DNA of 64,000 nt from an uncultured Candidatus Binatia bacterium (GTDB taxonomy: Bacteria; Desulfobacterota; Binatia; Bin18): positions 635,769-699,768 of the forward strand of contig OY282457.1 in the NCBI GenBank assembly GCA_958296235.1. The letters run 5' to 3'. This document shows, piece by piece, positions 45,222 to 55,560 of this stretch (position 1 is its first letter; each line of letters opens with the position of its first letter). The notes below the pieces were generated by a model. It was not told where the DNA came from and did not search any database. It was given only the letters and a program-made list of their open reading frames with translations. The position numbers and the translations under genes were made by a program.

Positions 45222-45562
45222 TCCGTCGCGGAGAAGTATGGTGGGCCTCATTGTCCCAGCCAGGTGGGTCTGAACCCGGCTACCGGCGTCCACTTGTTAT
45301 TATCCAGTCAAATGACTTTAATCGGAGTCGTATTCGGACTGTTCTTGCAGCCGTCATAACCTCAAACCTGCGATTAGCTTCCGCACCAGGCAATATGCCG
45401 CTCTCAGCAAAACATATCGGTTTGAAACGAGACTCGGTTGTGAACGTTTCACAACTCATCACCATAGATAAGGATTTTCTCACAGAAAAGATTGGCAAAT
45501 TGACAGCCAGGCAGGTGCAAGAGATGAACGCGGGCTTACGTCTGGTTTTAGCGCTTCAATAA
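45215..45562 (+). CDS. mazF: MazF/PemK-family toxin
   Basis: RGEVWWASL...RPLVIIQSNDFN...VLAAVITSN hallmark. Confidence 0.8.
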   Translation: MVVRRGEVWWASLSQPGGSEPGYRRPLVIIQSNDFNRSRIRTVLAAVITSNLRLASAPGNMPLSAKHIGLKRDSVVNVSQLITIDKDFLTEKIGKLTARQVQEMNAGLRLVLALQ

Positions 45563-45606
45563 GAGCCCGCGACAGGCAGGGAGCGCCGCTGTAAGGACGC
45601 TGACTC

Positions 45607-47313
45607 ATGGCAACGACCGACACCCCCCAAGCCACCGACTTTATTCGGACGATTATCGCCCAAGACCTGAAGACCAATAAACATAACGGCAGAGTCGCCA
45701 CCCGCTTTCCGCCCGAACCGAACGGCCATCTCCATATCGGGCATGCCAAGTCCATCTGCCTGAACTTCGGAGTGGCCCTGGAACAGGGCGGGACGTGCAA
45801 CCTCCGCTTCGACGATACGAACCCGACCAAAGAGAACATCGATTATGTCGAATCCATCAAGCGCGATGTCAAATGGCTCGGCTTTGACTGGGACGACCGG
45901 GAATACTACGCCTCGGACTATTTCGAGCAATTGTATGCCTATGCGGTCCAACTTATCAAAGACGGGCACGCCTATGTGTGCAGCCTGAGTCCAGACGAAA
46001 TCCGGGCCTATCGCGGCACCCTGACCGAGCCGGGTCGAGACAGCCCCTATCGGCAGCGCTCGGTTGAGGAAAATCTCGATTTATTTGCCCGTATGCGCGC
46101 CGGCGAGTTTGCGGAAGGCACGCACGTCCTGCGGGCCAGGATCGATATGGCCTCGCCCAATATCAATATGCGCGACCCGACGCTGTACCGGATTCTGAAG
46201 GCCCCGCACCACCGCACAGGGGAACGCTGGTGCATCTATCCCCTGTATGACTTCACCCACTGCCTGAGCGACGCGCTCGAAGGGATTACCCACTCGCTGT
46301 GCACCCTGGAGTTCGAGGATCATCGTCCCCTGTACGACTGGGCGCTGGACGTCCTGCCCGTTCCGAGCCATCCCCAACAGATCGAGTTCGCCCGCTTGAA
46401 CCTGACCTATACGGTCATGAGCAAACGCAAGCTCCTCACCCTGGTGACAGACAACTACGTGAGCGGCTGGGACGACCCGCGGATGCCGACCCTGGCCGGA
46501 CTCCGCCGCCGGGGATATACGCCGCAGTCGATTCGGAGCTTCTGCGAGCGCATCGGTCTGGCCAAACGGAACAGCACGGTTGACTATGCCATGCTCGAAC
46601 ACAGTATCCGCGAAGAGCTGAATCGAACCGCCCCGCGGGTCATGGCGGTTCTCCGCCCGGTGCGGGTTGTCATAGACAATTATCCCCAAGACCGGGTTGA
46701 ATACCTCGACGCGATCAACAACCCGGAAGACGCCAGCGCCGGCACGCGCCAAGTCCCCTTCTCGCGCGTGCTCTATATTGAGCGTGAGGACTTTCGTGAA
46801 GATCCGCCGCGCAAATTTTTTCGTCTCGCGCCCGGCCGGGAAGTGCGCTTACGCTACGCCTATATCGTCAAATGCGTCGGCGTTGTCAAAGATGACACCG
46901 GAGAGATTACGGAGATTCACTGCACCTATGATCCCGAGACGCGCAGTGGCCGCCCGCCCGCCGGGCGCAAGGTCAAAGCCACGCTGCACTGGGTGTCAGC
47001 CGAGCACGCCGTCAACGCCGAGGTCCGGCTGTACGACCATTTTTTCACCAAGCCTGACCCGGACAATGTGGAAGACGGTCAGGCGTTCACCGATTATCTG
47101 AATCCCCACTCGCTCGAAATCCTGACCGCCTGCACAGTCGAGCCGAGTCTGGCCCAGGCCGAAGCCGGCAGCCGCTTTCAGTTTGAACGGCAGGGCTATT
47201 TCTGTGTGGATACAGTTGACTCGTCTCCGGGCCGCCCGGTCTTTAACCGAACCGTGACCTTGCGTGATACCTGGGCCAAAATCCAAAAAGCGGAGCAGCA
47301 GAAAAGGGCCTAG
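45607..47313 (+). CDS. glnS: Glutamine--tRNA ligase
   Basis: [17 protein letters not shown] (HIGH), VMSKRK (KMSKS). Confidence 0.9.
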   Translation: MATTDTPQATDFIRTIIAQDLKTNKHNGRVATRFPPEPNGHLHIGHAKSICLNFGVALEQGGTCNLRFDDTNPTKENIDYVESIKRDVKWLGFDWDDREYYASDYFEQLYAYAVQLIKDGHAYVCSLSPDEIRAYRGTLTEPGRDSPYRQRSVEENLDLFARMRAGEFAEGTHVLRARIDMASPNINMRDPTLYRILKAPHHRTGERWCIYPLYDFTHCLSDALEGITHSLCTLEFEDHRPLYDWALDVLPVPSHPQQIEFARLNLTYTVMSKRKLLTLVTDNYVSGWDDPRMPTLAGLRRRGYTPQSIRSFCERIGLAKRNSTVDYAMLEHSIREELNRTAPRVMAVLRPVRVVIDNYPQDRVEYLDAINNPEDASAGTRQVPFSRVLYIEREDFREDPPRKFFRLAPGREVRLRYAYIVKCVGVVKDDTGEITEIHCTYDPETRSGRPPAGRKVKATLHWVSAEHAVNAEVRLYDHFFTKPDPDNVEDGQAFTDYLNPHSLEILTACTVEPSLAQAEAGSRFQFERQGYFCVDTVDSSPGRPVFNRTVTLRDTWAKIQKAEQQKRA

Positions 47314-47319
47314 GTTCGC

Positions 47320-47997
47320 ATGGCAACTTCGCTTCGAGCGCTTCAATTTACGCCAACCGAGCGGGCCGGGGCCGTCTCTGCGCTGCTCCTCCGACCCGCA
47401 TCCGCCCGCGCCCTGCTCGTGCTGGGCCACGGCGCCGGAGCCGGGATGCGCCACCCCTTTATGCAGGCCGTAGCAGAACAGCTTGCCGCCCGAAAAATTG
47501 CAACGTTCCGCTATCAGTTTCCGTATATGGAAAAAGGCAGGAAAAGCCCTGACTCTCAGGCGACATTACGCGCAACCATCGTCTCAGCGGTTGCCGCCGC
47601 AAAAAAAGTCGCCCGGGGGCTGCCCCTCCTGGCCGGCGGAAAATCCATGGGAGGCCGGCTGACCTCGCTTGTTGCCGCGGAAGGCGGCCTGCCGGACGTC
47701 CAAGGACTGATCTTTTACGGCTTTCCTCTACACGCCGCGGGGAAACCGTCGAGCGAGCGGGGTGCGCATTTAGCCCAGGTGAACGTTCCGATGCTCTTCT
47801 TACAGGGGACGCGGGACAGGCTGGCCGAACTCGATTGCATCACGCCCTTATGTCGCAACCTGGGTAAGCGAGCCACCCTCCATATTGTTGAGGGTGGCGA
47901 CCACTCCTTTCACGTCCTCAAACGCTCAGGCCGGACAGATGCGGAAGTGCAAAACGAACTGGGTGAGACCGTGGGCGCCTGGGTCTCAGGCTTGTAG
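47320..47997 (+). CDS. Alpha/beta hydrolase (dienelactone-hydrolase-like)
   Basis: 225 aa, GKSMGG nucleophile elbow. Confidence 0.65.
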   Translation: MATSLRALQFTPTERAGAVSALLLRPASARALLVLGHGAGAGMRHPFMQAVAEQLAARKIATFRYQFPYMEKGRKSPDSQATLRATIVSAVAAAKKVARGLPLLAGGKSMGGRLTSLVAAEGGLPDVQGLIFYGFPLHAAGKPSSERGAHLAQVNVPMLFLQGTRDRLAELDCITPLCRNLGKRATLHIVEGGDHSFHVLKRSGRTDAEVQNELGETVGAWVSGL

Positions 47998-48007
47998 CAA
48001 GACTCAT

Positions 48008-48152
48008 TTCTCCCCTCCAGGGACGTGTGCTGCCCATTGTGTCGCCGGCCCCCTCACCCGGCCCTTCGACAGGCTCAGGGCCACCCTCTCCCCTTCGACA
48101 GGCTCAGGACAGGCCTCCAGGGGAGAGGGAAAGACAAGAGGCCCGCTCCCGC
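48008..48152. repeat. REP-like element, family B copy 2
   Basis: See 8241-8386. Contains an internal duplication cttcgacaggctcagg. Confidence 0.6.
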
Positions 48153-48185
48153 TGGGAGCGGAGTTGGGGCAGCGCCCTCTATCTC

Positions 48186-49091
48186 TCAGCCAATCACCTG
48201 CGATTCCCGCACCGCGTCAAGAATAGCCTGACGGGTGGCTTCCGCAGCTATCGTCCCAACCAGCGTGACATCACTCCGCGCCTGTCCGGCAGACACGCTG
48301 AACACCAGATCGCCGTCCCACGGGCTAAAGGCGGGTGAGAGCGCCCGGGCGAATCCGGCGGTGGCCATTTTTGCTACGATAAAGAGGGCCTCCTGGTTCA
48401 GGGCCGCATTGGTAACGACGGCGACCAGGGTGGTGTTGTTCTGGGGGAGAGAGGTTCTGGCTTCAGCGCTGCCGCGTATCAGATGCTGTTCGGTGTTGAG
48501 AAACCGCCCGTGGATATCAACCGCGCCGGCGATAATATTGCCATTTTCTCTGACATCACCGAAGGCATTCACCGCGGCGCAGGCCAGCACCTTGAGTTCG
48601 CCCGCCTGGATATGCCCAACGCCGAACCCACCCGTCATGGGGCGACCGTTCTCCAGCCCCTTGCCGACGGTCGCGCCACGCCCGACGCCGACCCTCCCGC
48701 GCGCATACTCGCTGTTGGTGGCGGCTTTGCAGGCCGCATAGGCATCCTGGGCAGCCGGATAGACCGGCTCACCATAGGCGAGATCAAAAATACAGGCGGT
48801 GGGCACAATCGGCACAATCCGACCGGGCGTGGCCAGTCCCCGGCCCTGTTCCTGCTGGTATTCCATGACGCCAGTGGACGCCCCGAGTCCATACGCGCTC
48901 CCGCCGGTAAACACCAGCGCGTCGATCTCTTCAACCGAGTTTCCGAGATTGAGCGGGACAACATCACGCGTGCCTGGGGCCGAACCGCATAGATGATAGG
49001 CGCACACCACCCGCTGCGTAAAAAGGAGAACCGAAATACCCGTATTCCCCGCCAGGCTCTTATGCCCTATCAACAGATTCTCAAAGTGCAT
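48186..49091 (-). CDS. P1/S58 family peptidase (DmpA/L-aminopeptidase D-Ala-esterase-like)
   Basis: NTTLVAVVTNAAL and GNTGISVLLF blocks. Confidence 0.7.
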   Translation of the reverse strand: MHFENLLIGHKSLAGNTGISVLLFTQRVVCAYHLCGSAPGTRDVVPLNLGNSVEEIDALVFTGGSAYGLGASTGVMEYQQEQGRGLATPGRIVPIVPTACIFDLAYGEPVYPAAQDAYAACKAATNSEYARGRVGVGRGATVGKGLENGRPMTGGFGVGHIQAGELKVLACAAVNAFGDVRENGNIIAGAVDIHGRFLNTEQHLIRGSAEARTSLPQNNTTLVAVVTNAALNQEALFIVAKMATAGFARALSPAFSPWDGDLVFSVSAGQARSDVTLVGTIAAEATRQAILDAVRESQVIG

Positions 49092-49184
49092 TGTCCTTCC
49101 CCTGTTTACAACGCGCGCACCGTAACGAGCTTACAATCAAGGATCAAGCGTCTTCTCGGACGACATACTGTCTTGATGAGCGGG

Positions 49185-49213
49185 CTTGACGACCATTTAC
49201 TTTCGCTATATAT
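49185..49213 (+). promoter_or_regulatory. Sigma70-like promoter candidate (cTTGACg - 16 nt - TATATAT) in an AT-rich patch
   Basis: Read directly. Followed by RBS AAAGGA and a 28-codon ORF. Confidence 0.35.
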
Positions 49214-49251
49214 TCGCCTTTTGACAAAGACGGCAACAAAAGGAAAACAGC

Positions 49252-49338
49252 ATGGAAGGCTATTATGCGGTGTTCTTTGCCGACCCCGACGGCATGAAGC
49301 TGGAACTGGCCCATATTCCAGCCTGGCCAGCTTCATAG
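49252..49338 (+). pseudogene. Relic C-terminal fragment of a glyoxalase/VOC-family gene (28 codons)
   Basis: MEGYYAVFFADPDGMKLELAHIP matches the VOC C-terminal beta-strand motif (GYYSVYFxDPDGxxIEL). Confidence 0.4.
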
Positions 49339-49369
49339 CGCATAGAACCGTGCGTCCCCATTGTCCCCC

Positions 49370-49455
49370 ACAGGGGAGTGAATGGCCCCCACAGGGGAGC
49401 GAAGACCCACCCCACCTCTCTTCGCTCCCCTGCCCCTCGCCGCGTCTTTTCCCAG
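49370..49455. repeat. GC-hairpin REP-like element (cccccacaggggag x2 ...)
   Basis: Tandem cccccacaggggagtgaatgg/cccccacaggggagcgaag plus ctcttcgctcccctgcccctcgc. Confidence 0.4.
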
Positions 49456-49606
49456 GCCCTCTTCCCGGCACTTGATACCTGCCCGTGGAGGGGTAGTACA
49501 ACACGCTAGAAGATGTTGTCTATCAGTCGTATAGCCTCGACAACACCTGAACATCTGATATTGAGGTGGCGTTGCGTAAAAATTACCCTAACCGGAGGAC
49601 ACCAGC

Positions 49607-50524
49607 GTGCGGACAATCACCCTGTGCAGCGGAAAAGGTGGAGTCGGAAAGACCTTGCTGGCAACCAGCTTAGGCAGAATTATCCAGCGTCAGGAGAAGT
49701 GCAATGTTCTTCTCGTTGATTTGGACTTGTCAGTCCGCGGCCTCACCCTCCTGGCCTTTCAAAACAAGTATGAGCTCGATCGGCTTCCGTTCTCCTTAAC
49801 CGATTATTTTTACTTGGAAGATGAGGATCAACCGGCGCTCCTGCATGATCTCCACAAAGGGCTGGCCCAAAACAACAGCAACGCTGAGGAGAGCCAAGAG
49901 ACAACGGCTCAGGCAACGGCTGGCCCCTCGCCCTATGAACGGTTGGACGGACTTTTTATCCTCCCCTCTTCTACCGAAAGTGAGCGACCCGACTGGACAC
50001 CGTTGCACCACTTGGAACTCAACGAAACGATCGATAAACTTGGCAAGCTCTACGAGTTTGCCACCTCGTCGTTACACGTCGATTATGTCATTTTTGACAC
50101 GCAAGCCGGGCTCGGGAGTTTGAGTTTGGCGGCCACGACCTTGAGTGACATGAACCTTATTGTGTTGGAAGAGGACGATATCAGTTGGCGGACCGCGCTC
50201 AATGCCCTTATGGAAATCTCAGCGCTCAACAAACGCCTCCAGCAGAAGTCGCACAGTTATTTTCTGGCCAACAAGGTAAGCTCCAGCATGCTGGATACGG
50301 CGGATAAGCTCAAAGCCTTTTCGTTTCTGCCCCCCATCCCGTTTGACGCCTGGGTGCAAAAGCTCTTTGCACACGCCACAACCGCCGTGCTGGAAAAGGA
50401 TTTCGAGCAGAGTGATTTCTTCAAGCAGGTAGAATCACGGGTGTGGCAGGAGTTAGCCGTCATTCTGGGCGCGCGACAACGGACAACCGGAAACGGCCCG
50501 CGGTCTTCATGGTGGCGAGGATAG
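49607..50524 (+). CDS. Orphan ParA/MinD-family P-loop ATPase
   Basis: GTG start with GGAGGA RBS. Deviant Walker A CSGKGGVGKT, Walker B VIFDTQAG. Long acidic insert between them. By eye, AT-richer than the surroundings. No ParB-like partner is visible. Confidence 0.7.
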   Translation: MRTITLCSGKGGVGKTLLATSLGRIIQRQEKCNVLLVDLDLSVRGLTLLAFQNKYELDRLPFSLTDYFYLEDEDQPALLHDLHKGLAQNNSNAEESQETTAQATAGPSPYERLDGLFILPSSTESERPDWTPLHHLELNETIDKLGKLYEFATSSLHVDYVIFDTQAGLGSLSLAATTLSDMNLIVLEEDDISWRTALNALMEISALNKRLQQKSHSYFLANKVSSSMLDTADKLKAFSFLPPIPFDAWVQKLFAHATTAVLEKDFEQSDFFKQVESRVWQELAVILGARQRTTGNGPRSSWWRG

Positions 50525-50582
50525 CCCGAGGGACGGTCGTCGCCGGCAGCTTGCCTCGCCGTCCTGCTCCAGAGAACGCCCT

Positions 50583-51581
50583 CTACTCCCGCTCTAACCA
50601 CACATCCGGGCAGGTCACCACACCATGCCGCTCAAAGATCGCGTCAACTTCGGCAAAGTCCTCTTGCCTGATATCCCATCCGAGAGCGCCGACATTATCT
50701 TCTACCTCGGCCGCTTTGCGACAGCCAACCAGAGCGGTGCTGACCGCCGGATGCGAGAGCGTCCAGCGCAGCGCAAACTGCGGCAGGCTTTTGTGATAGC
50801 CGGCAGCCAGACCCTTCAGCTCTTCCACCGCCCGAATGTTGTTGGGAAAATGATCCGGCCCGAACATGGTCTGGAACAGATTAATGCCCCCCATGCGTCC
50901 CTGACGCGCTCGCCAGTCTCCCTCATCAAAGGTCATATCCGCGTGAAAGGCGCCGGTCAGCAGACCGTAGGCGAGCGAGCCATAGGCCATGACGCCCATA
51001 TTCTGCTCACGACAGTAGGGCAGGATCTCCTGGTCCATACGGCGGTCGAACATATTCCAGCAGTATTGGGCGACATCCACTCGACGGGTTGTCATACTGG
51101 TTTCAATCTGCTCGCGCCGGAAGTTTGAGACGCCGATAGCCCGGGCCTTGCCCTGCTGAACAATATCGTCCAAGGCCCGCATGGTTTCTTCAAACGGCGT
51201 GTTGATGTCCGGCCAGTGGACCATATACACGTCCACATAGTCCGTGTTCAGGTTCTTCAGGCTTTTCTCGATTGAGACCATAACCCGCTCGCGGCTGCTG
51301 TCTCGATAATTTGGCGCTTCTTTGTAGCCAATACCAAACTTGGTCACGACAACCGCGTCTTTCCGCCGGTCGCCGAGCGCCTTGGCCAGCGAACGCTCCG
51401 AGGCCCCGAACCCATAGGCTTCGGCGGTATCAAAACACGTCAGGCCCAGGTCCAGGGCGGTGTGCACCGCGGCAATAAACTCTTGTTCTTCAATTGACCC
51501 GTAGCCGCCGCCAATCTCCCAACAGCCAACGCCAATAGCGGACACTTCGATACCGGTTTGTCCAAAAGGACGATATTCCAT
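50583..51581 (-). CDS. Aldo/keto reductase
   Basis: MEYRPFGQTGIEVSAIGVGCWEIGG, FDTAEAYG. Confidence 0.85.
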   Translation of the reverse strand: MEYRPFGQTGIEVSAIGVGCWEIGGGYGSIEEQEFIAAVHTALDLGLTCFDTAEAYGFGASERSLAKALGDRRKDAVVVTKFGIGYKEAPNYRDSSRERVMVSIEKSLKNLNTDYVDVYMVHWPDINTPFEETMRALDDIVQQGKARAIGVSNFRREQIETSMTTRRVDVAQYCWNMFDRRMDQEILPYCREQNMGVMAYGSLAYGLLTGAFHADMTFDEGDWRARQGRMGGINLFQTMFGPDHFPNNIRAVEELKGLAAGYHKSLPQFALRWTLSHPAVSTALVGCRKAAEVEDNVGALGWDIRQEDFAEVDAIFERHGVVTCPDVWLERE

Positions 51582-51595
51582 GAGACAGTCCCCCT

Positions 51596-52417
51596 CTAGT
51601 GCAGTTCGATGCCGCCATCGACATTGATGGCCTGTCCGGTCACGTTCTCGGCGACGGACAGGTATACAGCCAGTTGCCCGATATCGTCCGGCGTTTGGGG
51701 CCGGCCTTGGGGAATCACATTCTTGACCCAGCGCTGCCAGGAGTCTTCCTTGGATTCGTCCGGCTGTTTGAGCGATTCGGCCAAGTATTCCCACATCTGG
51801 GTGCGCAAAATGCCCGGACAAATGGCGTTGACGCGGATATTGGCCTGGGCCAGCTCCTTGGCCAGAGAATTGGTAAAGCCCACCACCGCAAACTTTGAGG
51901 CGCAGTAGTGCGCCAGACCGCCAAAGCCGCTCTTTCCCGCGATCGAGGCAATGTTAATAATCAGACCCCCACCCCGGTTTTTGAGGGCGGGAATCGCGGC
52001 CTGACAGGAGAGAAAAACCCCTTTGGTATTGACCGCAAAGGTCAGGTCCCAAGCGTCTTCGGACATGTCCTCGACTTTCGCCATATTCACCACGCCGGCG
52101 TTACAGACCATGATGTCGAGACCGCCCAACGCGCCGCAGACCTCCTCGACCATACGCCGGGTATCGCCCTTCTGAGTCACATCGGCTTGAATCGCCAGTG
52201 ACCGCCGCCCGAGGGCGATGATTTCTTCCGCAGTTTTCCGAGCTTGCGTAAACCCCCCGACCGCAGTCGCGCCGTACTGCTGGGCCGTACTCGGCATGGT
52301 TTCGATGTCCGACACGGCCACATCAGCACCGGCATTTGCCAGCGCCAGGGCGATGCCTCGCCCAATCCCCCGCGCTCCACCCGTGACCAGGGCGACTTTT
52401 CCATCCAGTTGTGACAT
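51596..52417 (-). CDS. Short-chain dehydrogenase/reductase (SDR)
   Basis: GKVALVTGGARGIGRG, NAGV, Y..ASK. Confidence 0.85.
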   Translation of the reverse strand: MSQLDGKVALVTGGARGIGRGIALALANAGADVAVSDIETMPSTAQQYGATAVGGFTQARKTAEEIIALGRRSLAIQADVTQKGDTRRMVEEVCGALGGLDIMVCNAGVVNMAKVEDMSEDAWDLTFAVNTKGVFLSCQAAIPALKNRGGGLIINIASIAGKSGFGGLAHYCASKFAVVGFTNSLAKELAQANIRVNAICPGILRTQMWEYLAESLKQPDESKEDSWQRWVKNVIPQGRPQTPDDIGQLAVYLSVAENVTGQAINVDGGIELH

Positions 52418-52440
52418 ACGTCTTCCTTTCTCCGTCTGTT

Positions 52441-53889
52441 TTAGAAACCGGCCGGGCGCGGACACCCGCCCATCATTGCAAACAGATGTTTCGCCACGTG
52501 CAGTGTTGTCCGGTCTTCAAGATAGGGTCCGACGATCTGGACACCAATCGGCAAGCCATTATCGAGCTGTCCCACTGGAATCACTGTCGCCGGCAGCAGA
52601 CAGGCACCGGCCGGCGCCATCCACGTCACCAGGTCCCAATACGGTCGCTGCTGCCCCCCGACCAGGGCCGTCCGTCCGGCTTGGGGCTCAGAGTGGTCAT
52701 GCCTGATCGCCGGACACGGCATGACCGGCAGCAGCATGACGTCCCAATCCTGGAAGAACTCTTCCCAGCGTTTGCGCATCTGCATCCGGCGTTCGTTATA
52801 GCTCAGCCAGGCGCGATGCCGCATGGCAAACAGCCGCCGGGTCTGGTCCGTCGCGGTGGCACCGCTTGCCTGCGCGTACTCTTCGATTTTGTCCCGCGAC
52901 ACCCCACCGGACAGGGCGGACTGTAACAGGGCCATAAAGGTCGCAGCGACTTTTTCCAAGCTGAATTCGGGCCGCGCGTCCGCTCTCACCGTCGCTCCCG
53001 CCCGCGCTAATGCGCTGGCGGCGTTTTCCAAAAGGGTGCGGACTTCCGGCTCGACCGGACAATGAGGGTCGTCCAGCCAAGTCGCAATGCGGTAGTCCTT
53101 GAGCGCGTGTTTCCGCGGAGCCGGCAGTTCCAGCCGCCACGCCGGTCGCTCCCAGCGATTGGGGCCGGCCATGATATCAAGCCCCAATTCCAGGTCTGCG
53201 ACGCTCCGGGCCATAGGCCCGGCAACCGCCAGGTCGGCCAGGGTGAGGGTTCCCGGCGGGCCCGGAATCTGCCCGTGGGAGGGGACAATGCCATAGCTCG
53301 GCTTGTGGCCGGTCACGCCGGACATATGGGACGGCAGACGGATCGAACCGCCGATATCACTCCCCAACTCCAGGGGCGTGAAGCCACAGGCCAGCGCGGC
53401 TCCTGAGCCACCGGACGAGCCGCCAGGCGTGCGCGTGGTATCGTGTGGATTATTGGTCGTCCCAAAAATCTCATTATAGCTTTGCAAGTCCCCCGCATAG
53501 ATCGGCAGATTGGTCTTGCCGTAGATGATAGCCCCGGCTTCGCGCAGGCGGGCCACCGGCCAGGCGTCCTCCTCTGGGATGAAATCCGTGAGTTCCGGCG
53601 CGCCCGACGTCGTCCGCATGCCTTTGGTTTGATACGAATCCTTGATCGTCATCGGCACGCCGTGCAGCGGTCCTCGGGATGTTCCTCCGGCCAACTCCGT
53701 ATCTGCGGCATCAGCCTCTGCCCGCGCCCGTTCCGCATCAATCGTCACCACGCTATTGATGGTTTTATCGAGCGCTTCGACCCGGTCAAGAAAAAAGTCG
53801 ACGGCTTCGCGGCTGGAAACCTCTTTCCTTTGGATCATGCCGGCGATTTCGGTGGTCGTCGCATAGGCAAGCTGAGACAGATCAGACAT
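52441..53889 (-). CDS. Amidase-signature family amidase
   Basis: GGSSGGSGAALA signature. GGAGG RBS before ATG 53889. Confidence 0.85.
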   Translation of the reverse strand: MSDLSQLAYATTTEIAGMIQRKEVSSREAVDFFLDRVEALDKTINSVVTIDAERARAEADAADTELAGGTSRGPLHGVPMTIKDSYQTKGMRTTSGAPELTDFIPEEDAWPVARLREAGAIIYGKTNLPIYAGDLQSYNEIFGTTNNPHDTTRTPGGSSGGSGAALACGFTPLELGSDIGGSIRLPSHMSGVTGHKPSYGIVPSHGQIPGPPGTLTLADLAVAGPMARSVADLELGLDIMAGPNRWERPAWRLELPAPRKHALKDYRIATWLDDPHCPVEPEVRTLLENAASALARAGATVRADARPEFSLEKVAATFMALLQSALSGGVSRDKIEEYAQASGATATDQTRRLFAMRHRAWLSYNERRMQMRKRWEEFFQDWDVMLLPVMPCPAIRHDHSEPQAGRTALVGGQQRPYWDLVTWMAPAGACLLPATVIPVGQLDNGLPIGVQIVGPYLEDRTTLHVAKHLFAMMGGCPRPAGF

Positions 53890-54047
53890 GGCTCCCTCCT
53901 TCTTCAGGCTGCCGTGAGAGTGTGGCGTGTACCAGGCAGCAGCATCTTGCCACGCGCCCGGCAGGGACACAAGCTTGCAGAACTGATACGCTTAGCCCAG
54001 GGTGGGCGAATGGAGCCCGGCAGCGCATGGTTCACCCAGGAGGCAAT

Positions 54048-54809
54048 ATGACCGCGACACAAGAGGCCCTCATAGACTCCCTCTACTCCGCCCGCCGAAA
54101 CGGAACCCGACCGGCTCACATTGATCCTACCCCTGCGGATTTGGACGAAGCGCTCGCCGTACAGCTCGGTGTTCTCCAGCGATTTGAGACAGCAGGAGAA
54201 CACCTTGGCGGCTGGAAGGTCGGGCTGACGTCGGGGAAAGCTCGCGACCGGATGGGAAAAGACGTGCGCCCGTTTGGCTATGTCCTCCAGAGCCGGGTCT
54301 TTGAGTCCGGCGCGGCCATTCCCGTTTCTTCGATTATGCAGTGTCATATTGAGCCCGAACTCTGCCTGCTAGTCGGCTCGGCGTTGCGCGGCCAGAACAT
54401 CGAGCGCGAGCAGGCCAAAGCCGCGGTTCGGGCCGTTGCTCCGGCATTTGAGATCAACGAGATCCGCGTCCAACCAGGTCAGGGCCCCCTGCCCTTGGTG
54501 GCCGACGGCTTGGCCCAGTGGGGGATAGTCGTGGGACCGGAAGCCCCGGTCCGAGACGGGTTGGTCGATACTACAGTGACATTTTCGCATAACAGCCAGG
54601 TGGTCGAGACCAAAACGCCAGGCACAACAATGGATGATCCCTATCTCTCACTGGCGCGCTTGTGCCGCCGCCTGCATCCATTCGGCTTGGGCCTGGAGCC
54701 GGGCCAGCCCGTCATTACCGGCTCATTTTGTCATTACGCGGTTACGCAACCGGGGAGCTATAGCGCGGATTTTTCCGGCGTCGGAACCGTGTCAGTCAGA
54801 TTTCGCTGA
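54048..54809 (+). CDS. 2-keto-4-pentenoate hydratase family (MhpD/BphH-like)
   Basis: GGWKVGLTSGKARDRMG matches the G-x-K-[IV]-G-L-T-S hydratase motif. AGGAGG RBS. Confidence 0.65.
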   Translation: MTATQEALIDSLYSARRNGTRPAHIDPTPADLDEALAVQLGVLQRFETAGEHLGGWKVGLTSGKARDRMGKDVRPFGYVLQSRVFESGAAIPVSSIMQCHIEPELCLLVGSALRGQNIEREQAKAAVRAVAPAFEINEIRVQPGQGPLPLVADGLAQWGIVVGPEAPVRDGLVDTTVTFSHNSQVVETKTPGTTMDDPYLSLARLCRRLHPFGLGLEPGQPVITGSFCHYAVTQPGSYSADFSGVGTVSVRFR

Positions 54810-54926
54810 GCGCCTCGCGGCCAGGACACCTGCGGACGCCTAGTCTCACCGCCGCAAATTCTATAGGCTGCGCAGGGCGGCACTCGCCAGGGCGAGAATC
54901 CATACACCTGAGAAAGAGAGAAGAAG

Positions 54927-55466
54927 ATGAGCGAACATACCAACCCGAGGGTCTTTTTTGATATTATGATCGGAGATGATGCAGCCGGACGGATCGTTTT
55001 TGAACTCCGGCCTGACGTGGTTCCCGAGACAGCAGAAAATTTTCGGGCGCTCTGTACCGGCGAGAAAGGGAGCGGCCAGTCCGGCAAACCCCTGCACTAC
55101 AAGGGTTCGACCTTTCACCGCGTTATTCCCGACTTCATGTGTCAGGGGGGAGACTTTACCAGGGGCAACGGCACCGGGGGAGAGTCCATCTACGGTTCCA
55201 AATTTGCCGACGAGAATTTTCAGCTCAAGCATACCGACCCCGGTTTGCTGAGCATGGCCAACGCCGGTCCTGGGACGAATGGCTCCCAATTCTTTATCAC
55301 CACCACCCAGACGCCTTGGCTGGACGGCAAGCACGTGGTGTTTGGCAGTGTGGTCGAAGGGATGGACGTGGTCCGCGCCATGGAGGCCCAGGGCAGTCAG
55401 AACGGCCAACCCAGGCAGCGTATTGTGATTGCCGATTGTGGTCAGCTCGACGAGTCTGCCGCGTAA
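54927..55466 (+). CDS. Peptidyl-prolyl cis-trans isomerase, cyclophilin type
   Basis: [26 protein letters not shown]. Confidence 0.9.
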   Translation: MSEHTNPRVFFDIMIGDDAAGRIVFELRPDVVPETAENFRALCTGEKGSGQSGKPLHYKGSTFHRVIPDFMCQGGDFTRGNGTGGESIYGSKFADENFQLKHTDPGLLSMANAGPGTNGSQFFITTTQTPWLDGKHVVFGSVVEGMDVVRAMEAQGSQNGQPRQRIVIADCGQLDESAA

Positions 55467-55560
55467 TAGAGGGCGGCTGGAAATATGCGGGATGCCAGCC
55501 TGGGACTTGCAGCAGCCCAACATTCCGTCTGCCATCGTCAAGTAAGGAGGTACGGACAGC

